Shown: one piece after another, positions 57,663 to 64,000 of the stretch
How the letters are laid out: each line of letters starts with the position of its first letter
Numbering within the stretch: position 1 is the stretch's first letter
Source of the DNA: Euryarchaeota archaeon UBA463
GTDB taxonomy: Archaea; Thermoplasmatota; Poseidoniia; Poseidoniales; Thalassarchaeaceae
DNA length: 64,000 bases
Reading direction: 5' to 3'
Assembly (NCBI GenBank): GCA_002501805.1
Contig: DAOI01000008.1
Coordinates: 31,420-95,419 of the forward strand
Made by a program: the position numbers and the translations under genes
The notes under the pieces: generated by a model
Seen by the model: the letters and a program-made list of their open reading frames with translations, nothing else
The model's database searches: none
What the model was told of the DNA's origin: nothing

Positions 57663-58360
57663 TGGATGTGTGGTTCTGGATTGTTATTTTCGCGATAGTG
57701 GGTTTGGCATGCCTCTGGTATAGCAGACATCAACCATTTCCAGAAATTAGTGGAAGATTCTCAGTCTTATTGTTGACCATATCTATTCTTCTATGGCTAT
57801 CCAGCACAGCACCCAGGTCAACGTCAGAAGAAGTTCCTGCTATTGTAGCCACTGTCATAGGTGGTCTTGGAGTGGTTTTTGGGGTCAGACATATGACAAC
57901 TACGCACAGAGATGTGGTTGTGGCTCCGTTTGGGGGAGTACTGCTCTGTATAGGTTCAATAAGCCTACTCTCAGAAAGATGGAGTGATTATGATCAGACT
58001 GAGCAACTGATTTCTTTCGCTCTGGCTTCGGTTCTCGTGACACTTGAGATATATCTGTCATTCAGAGGGCTGGTAATAGGCATCCAGGGGATTTCATGGT
58101 CTAAGTCTGGTCTGAGGCAGGTAAGGAGGGGTTTACTGGAAGGCCCAAGAGGCGCCGTTTCTCATTTTGAGAAGTCATGGCATTCAGAGGACCAGTGGTT
58201 GACCGCAATGAGTCATGCGGCCCTAGTACTAATCCACAGACATATGGGGGATACTGAAAACGAGGAGTATCACGATTTGGAGCTTGAGAAACTCGGTGGT
58301 TGGGATTCAGTAGATGAGTCTTGGACGAGCGCTATTCGGGATGGTCTTTCAGAGCTGTGA
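57662..58360 (+). CDS. Hypothetical membrane protein
   Basis: About five TMs followed by a helical, TPR-like soluble tail. Confidence 0.7.
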   Translation: MDVWFWIVIFAIVGLACLWYSRHQPFPEISGRFSVLLLTISILLWLSSTAPRSTSEEVPAIVATVIGGLGVVFGVRHMTTTHRDVVVAPFGGVLLCIGSISLLSERWSDYDQTEQLISFALASVLVTLEIYLSFRGLVIGIQGISWSKSGLRQVRRGLLEGPRGAVSHFEKSWHSEDQWLTAMSHAALVLIHRHMGDTENEEYHDLELEKLGGWDSVDESWTSAIRDGLSEL

Positions 58361-58401
58361 TTTAGGGACTTTGATATTCTTGGGCCTGTCCGCACGGTTC
58401 A

Positions 58402-58986
58402 ATGGTTCGAATAACAAAGGTTCACACTGGTGGCGGAGATGGGGGGGAAACCTCTCTTGTAGACGGCTCACGAGTAGGAAAGGAGCATCCCCGAGTCGCT
58501 ATTTATGGCACAATAGACGAAGCTAATTCAGCAATCGGTATCGTACGTTCGGAGATAAAACACAGACCCAGGGGCGATGGCCATCGTCTGACTGAAGCCG
58601 ATCAGATGCTAGGAATAATCCAACAGGAATTATTTGATGTCGGTGCAGAATGTGCTTGTCCTCCGGGAGGGGTTCCAGAGCAGATGTCAATAATAGGAGA
58701 GGATGCTGGTAATAGATTGGTAGAGGAGATGGATTACATGTTGCAGGATTTAGATCCTCTTTCGTCATTTGTACTCCCGACGGGAAATCCTGTAGTAGCT
58801 CATCTGCATATGGCTCGTACCATTGTCCGTAGGGCGGAGAGGGAAGCCTGTGCACTTCGTGAAGAGGTCAGAACTGAGGTTATAAGCTACCTAAATAGGC
58901 TCTCAGACCACTGTTTCGTCCTCTCTCGCTGGCTTACTGGAGAAGAAGGAGAAGCCCTATGGACCCCTCTGGGAAAGAGAGTTTAG
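58402..58986 (+). CDS. pduO: ATP:cob(I)alamin adenosyltransferase, PduO type
   Basis: TKVHTGGGDGGETSL, YGTIDEANS, ARTIVRRAER, YLNRLSD. Confidence 0.93.
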   Translation: MVRITKVHTGGGDGGETSLVDGSRVGKEHPRVAIYGTIDEANSAIGIVRSEIKHRPRGDGHRLTEADQMLGIIQQELFDVGAECACPPGGVPEQMSIIGEDAGNRLVEEMDYMLQDLDPLSSFVLPTGNPVVAHLHMARTIVRRAEREACALREEVRTEVISYLNRLSDHCFVLSRWLTGEEGEALWTPLGKRV

Positions 58987-58988
58987 AA

Positions 58989-59426
58989 TCAAGTAACAAT
59001 ACCTGATTTTTTCATATGAAATATCGCCGACCTGATTAGCTCCTTCTCTTGGTCGAATGTGAGCATGGACTCGGCCTCCTCATAGTTTAGCCAGATATAG
59101 CTAGTATGCTCTTCGGAGAGCTCTACATCGATTTCATCGGTAGTGGCAATATACCAAAAAACCTGTTTTGTGGTTTTCTTACCTTTCTTTCTGAAGGTAT
59201 ATTGTGTTCTGTACTCCCAATTGGAGTCTATCTCCAGGGTACTGATTCCTGTTTCCTCCAATAATTCCCTTGATGCCGTCACGTGGTGGTCGTCATCCCC
59301 ATCTTCTACATGTCCCTTGGGAAAGCTCCAATGTCCCTGTGGATATTGGAGAAGGAGGATAGCGTCATAGTTAATCAGAACAAGCCCGCAGGAGGTCTCC
59401 ATAACCTTGGAATTCGAGGAGGCCAT
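58989..59426 (-). CDS. Nudix hydrolase, Ap4A hydrolase-like
   Basis: HWSFPKGHVE...RELLEETG, LSEEH. Confidence 0.88.
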   Translation of the reverse strand: MASSNSKVMETSCGLVLINYDAILLLQYPQGHWSFPKGHVEDGDDDHHVTASRELLEETGISTLEIDSNWEYRTQYTFRKKGKKTTKQVFWYIATTDEIDVELSEEHTSYIWLNYEEAESMLTFDQEKELIRSAIFHMKKSGIVT

Positions 59427-59512
59427 GAGCGTAGTACGGGCATCTGGGTCAAAACATTACTCATTGATATGACCAAAAGCACCTTTGAGTAGATAGTTTC
59501 CCAGAGATTTTC

Positions 59513-60490
59513 ATGGAGGTAGATCCGTTGTCATTGGATATACGCAGGATAGTAACTGATAGTGACCTAGATGGCGTGGTGACAGGATCAATACTCAGAA
59601 GATGGTGGCCTGATTCAGAAGTGGTTTTTGGACATCCTGGAGAGTTGCGTGCGGGATTGATGGATCATCTGATGGATAGAAAGACGGCGGTTTGCGACTT
59701 GCCTAGGCATCCAAAATGTGGACTGAGCATTGATCATCATCAGTCAAACAAGCCCGTCGGAGATGAGGATGGCGTGATATCTGTGTGGAGGGCGACTCCA
59801 TCGGCGGCTAGGATTGCTCATGATTTACTGAAGAATAGGATTGATTTGTCAGATTTAGACGATCTTTTGGTCTGGGTGGATAAGCTGGACGGCGGGGGGG
59901 TAACCAGAGATGAGTATCTTTCAGATAATCCTGCAGTTTGGTTGGGGAGAGTCATCGACGTAAGTGAGGGAACTGCGATGGCGGTACTGGAGGGACTGCA
60001 GAGGGGGGATGAAATTGATCAGATTCTGGAGATTCCGCTTATTTCCAGGAAGCTTCGAGAGAGAAAGAGAGAGCGGGAGAAGCTGACAGAGATAATCGCC
60101 GAGAGGACTGTGGTGATAGATAGGATCGCCATAGCAAGACTAGATGGGTTAGGGATGCGTTCAAACGGCTATCATGTCACAGCATTCGCTGGTGACGCTT
60201 GTGACGCTTGTATAGTCATACATGGCGACATAGGGGCATCGTTTGGTGATGATACTGGATATCCTGTCTCAGCGTCCTTTTATACGAATTCGTTTCTCCA
60301 CAGAGAAGGGGGAATTTATGACTTGACGGGGCTAGCTACGCATTTCGACCCCGACGGAGGAGGGCATGCAAATGCGTGTGGCTGTAGGATCAAACCACTC
60401 GAAAAGGGCAGGGTAACTGATCGTAAAGTAACTGAGGAGGATGTTCGAGAGAACATATCAGAGTGGCTCAGATTGTGGTCTGAACGCTAG
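59513..60490 (+). CDS. DHH-family phosphoesterase (NrnA-like)
   Basis: DSDLDG, DLP, IDHH, GGGHANACGC. Confidence 0.88.
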   Translation: MEVDPLSLDIRRIVTDSDLDGVVTGSILRRWWPDSEVVFGHPGELRAGLMDHLMDRKTAVCDLPRHPKCGLSIDHHQSNKPVGDEDGVISVWRATPSAARIAHDLLKNRIDLSDLDDLLVWVDKLDGGGVTRDEYLSDNPAVWLGRVIDVSEGTAMAVLEGLQRGDEIDQILEIPLISRKLRERKREREKLTEIIAERTVVIDRIAIARLDGLGMRSNGYHVTAFAGDACDACIVIHGDIGASFGDDTGYPVSASFYTNSFLHREGGIYDLTGLATHFDPDGGGHANACGCRIKPLEKGRVTDRKVTEEDVRENISEWLRLWSER

Positions 60491-60900
60491 TCTTCAGCGA
60501 GAGGGCCTACACTTAGCAGGACATAAACGGACTGAGTGAGCATCAGGAAGCCAATTAGGGACATTACTAACCCGGTCGGCGTAGGTAGGATTTCCTGCAT
60601 ATGGTTTCCAGTATACCATGCCATAGAAAGAACACCTATTGAGGATGCTAAAACGATGTAAGCAGATTTTCTCGGTTCGGCCCACAGATCAACCCAGGGA
60701 ATGAGTCCTCTTCTCTTGAAGGTGACTCTGTACCACGCGACGTATAGAAAGACCAAAGATACCGAACCCAGTAAACCCAGAGTAAAAGACTCGGATTTCC
60801 AAGGCCCAGGGGCGGAAAGCTTCAGAGTGATGACATTGAGCAGGATGACAGAGCCGACAATGGCATGAGCCTTCCAATTGGGCAAGTTGGCTTCATCCAC
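60487..60900 (-). CDS. Hypothetical four-TM membrane protein
   Basis: Four hydrophobic segments; fills the gap. Confidence 0.7.
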   Translation of the reverse strand: MDEANLPNWKAHAIVGSVILLNVITLKLSAPGPWKSESFTLGLLGSVSLVFLYVAWYRVTFKRRGLIPWVDLWAEPRKSAYIVLASSIGVLSMAWYTGNHMQEILPTPTGLVMSLIGFLMLTQSVYVLLSVGPLAED

Positions 60901-60972
60901 GACGAATCGAAGAGGGTCCTGCGCTTGAATGCGACTAACAAGTGTATTACACGATTGCCACCTGCAACAGAC

Positions 60973-61404
60973 GTGAAGGACGGGCTTGTTTGGGAGGAGT
61001 CAGTAGATCGAGCGCATCTAGATCTCAGATTCGAGGTGCTTCGAGAAGGGCTTCCGAGGGGTTCGGAGCATTACCCGGGCATAGACGAAGATGCGCGGAC
61101 TAGATTCCTTTGTGCGTATGAAGGGGGCAGGCTTGTTGGTTGCTCAACGTTGCAGACAGACGAAAGAGAGGGGTGTAGATTCAGAATAAGGGGAATGGCA
61201 GTCAGCCCTAATTTCCGAAACAGGGGAATCGGTTCACGAATCGTAAAGAGACTCCAGCAATATGCTTCTGAGCAGGGCACTGGGATTTGGTGTAATGCTA
61301 GAATTAGAGCAGTTCCCATGTACAGGAGATGTGGTTTTGTCGAGGTATCTGACGTTTTTGAGATTGAAGGAATAGGGTTGCATTACGATATGGAATGGAA
61401 ATAA
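60973..61404 (+). CDS. GNAT acetyltransferase (ElaA/YitI-like)
   Basis: LRFEVLR, RGMAVSPNFRNRGIG, WCNAR, GF, HYDM. GTG start inferred. Confidence 0.85.
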   Translation: MKDGLVWEESVDRAHLDLRFEVLREGLPRGSEHYPGIDEDARTRFLCAYEGGRLVGCSTLQTDEREGCRFRIRGMAVSPNFRNRGIGSRIVKRLQQYASEQGTGIWCNARIRAVPMYRRCGFVEVSDVFEIEGIGLHYDMEWK

Positions 61405-61472
61405 TTACAATGTTCTATATAAAATCTGAACAAACATCATAATTATTAGCCTTCGGTTGTCTTTATTGGTTA

Positions 61473-62501
61473 ATGTTTGATAGAATTAAATCAACGCCTG
61501 CAAAAATATGCCTAATGGTGAGTGCCCTTGTAACAATTGTTTACTCGATGAATTTCATGCTCTTCGCTGATTGTTATGTAACGGGGGGAGATGGTTGCTT
61601 CACTCTTGGTTTTACCAATGAAACCACTGCTGAAATGCTTTCTTACGGAAATGGAGGTCCTGAAACAGCTTTCAATGGGGTACTGATGTTTGGCGTGTTC
61701 ATGTCCACAATGCTAATTCTAAATGAGGGGGCGAAGGGAATGTGGAAGGTCATGATTCCAGTGATCATCGGATTCGTAGTTATGTCTGCATCAATGTGGG
61801 CTTACTGGGGAGACTTGGACTCCTCTGCGACTCCAAAATACATTGCTCCTGTAACGACTGCGATATACATAGCAGCCTACTTCCTATTGAAGGCCGAGGA
61901 CGAAGTAGACGATGGGATTTCTGAATTCAAGATGGGTTTGAATATAGATGACAAGCCATCACTTGTAGCTATGGCGCTGGTGGTTATTATGGGGGTTTGG
62001 TACAGCTTCATGTCCCTTGTCATGCCTGAAGATAGAATAGAGGCATTTGGCCTAGGAGAGGCAAGTCAGGAAATGCTTGACGCCGGCCTAGGCGCTCCAT
62101 CAACGGTAACGGTGGCTGTAAGTGGTTCTCTATTCCTAGTCTATACCATCTGGACTGCGATGGTGGTTTTGGACGGTGCAAAAGGAAAGTGGCCAATATT
62201 GCATCCTGGGATTTTCTTCTTAATCACAGCAACAATATCGACTTACATGGCACTGGTAGACAATGTAGGGGAGATATCGAGACCGGTCTCAGATCAATCT
62301 GTTCTAGACAGTGTTGCAGGGCCTCTTGCGATGCTTCTGGTATTGTTTGCCTACTACAGGATGAGAGATGAAGGAGTTGAAGATGGTATGACTGGTTATG
62401 GAGCTGGGATGGAGGAGCTCACTCCAAACGCGTTCAATATCTTGGTCATCACTGTGACATTGATCGTTGGACTGGTTTTCACTGCTAACGTAATGCTGTA
62501 G
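61473..62501 (+). CDS. Multi-pass membrane protein with internal duplication
   Basis: About nine TMs in two related halves. Confidence 0.75.
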   Translation: MFDRIKSTPAKICLMVSALVTIVYSMNFMLFADCYVTGGDGCFTLGFTNETTAEMLSYGNGGPETAFNGVLMFGVFMSTMLILNEGAKGMWKVMIPVIIGFVVMSASMWAYWGDLDSSATPKYIAPVTTAIYIAAYFLLKAEDEVDDGISEFKMGLNIDDKPSLVAMALVVIMGVWYSFMSLVMPEDRIEAFGLGEASQEMLDAGLGAPSTVTVAVSGSLFLVYTIWTAMVVLDGAKGKWPILHPGIFFLITATISTYMALVDNVGEISRPVSDQSVLDSVAGPLAMLLVLFAYYRMRDEGVEDGMTGYGAGMEELTPNAFNILVITVTLIVGLVFTANVML

Positions 62502-62508
62502 AATTAGT

Positions 62509-62582
62509 TGGAGCACGGACCGGGATTTGCACCCGGGTCCAGGGATCTGCAATCCCTTGCATAGCTACTCTGCCATCCGTGC
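62509..62582 (-). tRNA. tRNA-Cys(GCA), CCA encoded
   Basis: GCACGGA/TCCGTGC acceptor stem, U73, loop TT-GCA-GA, T-arm CCGGG-TGCAAAT-CCCGG. Confidence 0.93.
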
Positions 62583-62666
62583 CGCGTGCTCGGGACCTCC
62601 CCTCCTCTCTTGAAGGCTATCCGAGATTCGGCATACCTTCATGGTCGTCCTGCGCGTCGGAGATAC

Positions 62667-63797
62667 ATGCCAGACATTTCTGCAAGGTTCGAGGGGCTCG
62701 GTGTTGGCTTCGCACCATATCTCCAGCCACCGGGGCCTGAGATAGTAAGGTGGACAGTTGGAGAACCGGGTTTTGCTACTCCGAAGGAAATTCTAGACGT
62801 TGCTATTGGAGAGCTTGAGGCTGGTAATACAAAGTATACTAGAGGGGCGGGGTCGATGGAATTGTGCCAGGGAGTAGCAGATTATCTATCGAAGCACCAT
62901 GAGATTGAGGTCTCTGCTGAGGACGTAGTAGTTACGCCAGGAGCTAAGCAAGCGATGCTGTACTCTTTCCTAATTACTACTATGCCGGGGGACGAAGTGA
63001 TACTGCTCGCACCTTCTTGGGCATCTTACGAGCCTATGCTGGAGTTCATTGGTGCCAAACCAGTCCATGTACCAGTTAGGAAGGATAATTTTCATCCCGA
63101 CTTAGACGCCATACGTGAAGCTGTGACAGATAAGACGAGAATGATTCTACTCAATTCTCCTTGCAACCCGACGGGTGCGGTATTCACGCCTGATGAGATC
63201 AGGGGAATTCTTGAAATCGCGGTGGATAACGATTTATGGATCGTATCTGATGAGATTTACTCGCGCATGGTCTGGGTTGATTGGCCTCACGTATCTCCAG
63301 CGTCTTTACCGGGGGGCATGGAGAGAACTATTGTCGTCAATGGATGGTCGAAGTCATGGGCGATGACTGGAATGAGGCTCGGCTTTCTGACAGGACCGCC
63401 AAATGCCGTTAAGGCGGCCATAAAAAGCCAAGCTAATTCGGCTTCTCACGTACCTACATTTATGATGGAAGCTGCTAGAGTCGCGTTGAGCTGCGATGGC
63501 TCCGTAGAAGAGTTCAACTTAGAATACAAGAAGAGAAGGGAGATAATGAAAAACGGCCTATCAGAGCTACCGGGAGTCAGGGTCATTGAACCTGAAGGGG
63601 CCTTCTACATCTTCGCTGATATTACCGGAACAGGGATGACTGATACTGAGTTTGCAGATGGTGCACTAGAAGCCGGAGTGCAGTTAATTCCTGCCTCGCT
63701 GATAACAGGTGGAGAGGGTTTCATCAGAGTATCTTATGCAACTAACGAAGATGCCATACATGAGGGCTTGAGTAGACTAAGATCTTGGTTACTGTAG
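62667..63797 (+). CDS. PLP-dependent class I/II aminotransferase (aspartate aminotransferase-like)
   Basis: GEPGF, GAKQA, NSPCNPTG, SDEIY, SKSWAMTGMRLG. Confidence 0.93.
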   Translation: MPDISARFEGLGVGFAPYLQPPGPEIVRWTVGEPGFATPKEILDVAIGELEAGNTKYTRGAGSMELCQGVADYLSKHHEIEVSAEDVVVTPGAKQAMLYSFLITTMPGDEVILLAPSWASYEPMLEFIGAKPVHVPVRKDNFHPDLDAIREAVTDKTRMILLNSPCNPTGAVFTPDEIRGILEIAVDNDLWIVSDEIYSRMVWVDWPHVSPASLPGGMERTIVVNGWSKSWAMTGMRLGFLTGPPNAVKAAIKSQANSASHVPTFMMEAARVALSCDGSVEEFNLEYKKRREIMKNGLSELPGVRVIEPEGAFYIFADITGTGMTDTEFADGALEAGVQLIPASLITGGEGFIRVSYATNEDAIHEGLSRLRSWLL

Positions 63798-63833
63798 TAG
63801 AGAGCTTGAAATCCCATATCTACACGAGTGGCT

Positions 63834-64000
63834 ATGCACGATGGGGAGTCGCGAGGGAGCCACATCTTCTTGGATTACCTCAATTACTCATGTCCAAGCA
63901 AAGATGAGGGGGATTGGATGTTGTCCCTTATGAGAGATTGTGTGAGAGAATCGGGTATCAGGGAAGTTCATTCGCACGTAGAGGTTTTCGATGGCTCCGA
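63834..64000 (+). CDS. Probable S-adenosylmethionine decarboxylase proenzyme, N-terminus (3'-truncated)
   Basis: MHDGESRGSHIFLDY...VRESGIREVHSHVEVFDGS resembles the SpeD/SpeH start; the ESH cleavage motif lies beyond the window. Confidence 0.55.
   Translation, partial: MHDGESRGSHIFLDYLNYSCPSKDEGDWMLSLMRDCVRESGIREVHSHVEVFDGS

Overview
This 64 kb window is a gene-dense, mostly core archaeal chromosomal segment. Archaeal markers are mcm, gatE, trm1, pth2, two PAC2 chaperones and the rpl18e-rpl13-rps9-rpoN-tRNA-Pro cluster. The mix with bacterial-type genes (NAD+ ligase, addAB-like pair, panD, rlmH, nfuA) and giant acidic surface proteins suggests Marine Group II Euryarchaeota (Poseidoniales); this is inference, not a database result. 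It holds about 55 CDS and three tRNAs (Arg-GCG, Pro-GGG, Cys-GCA). No CRISPR array or recognisable mobile element was seen. Best leads: (1) a candidate replication origin of two inverted ORB-like boxes around a T-tract, beside mcm rather than cdc6/orc1; (2) an ABC binding lipoprotein with a circularly permuted family-3 domain fused to two Venus-flytrap domains, served by a LivH-TM2-LivM fusion permease; (3) an aquaporin-fold protein lacking both NPA motifs; (4) a bacterial-style break-repair set, including a LigA ending in a PCNA-binding PIP box; (5) a stand-alone Pls/PosA-type module coupled to an MFS transporter; (6) an HNH-LOTUS protein; (7) a likely B12 capture pair; (8) an unannotated 57-aa membrane protein. 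All family calls come from motifs recognised by eye.
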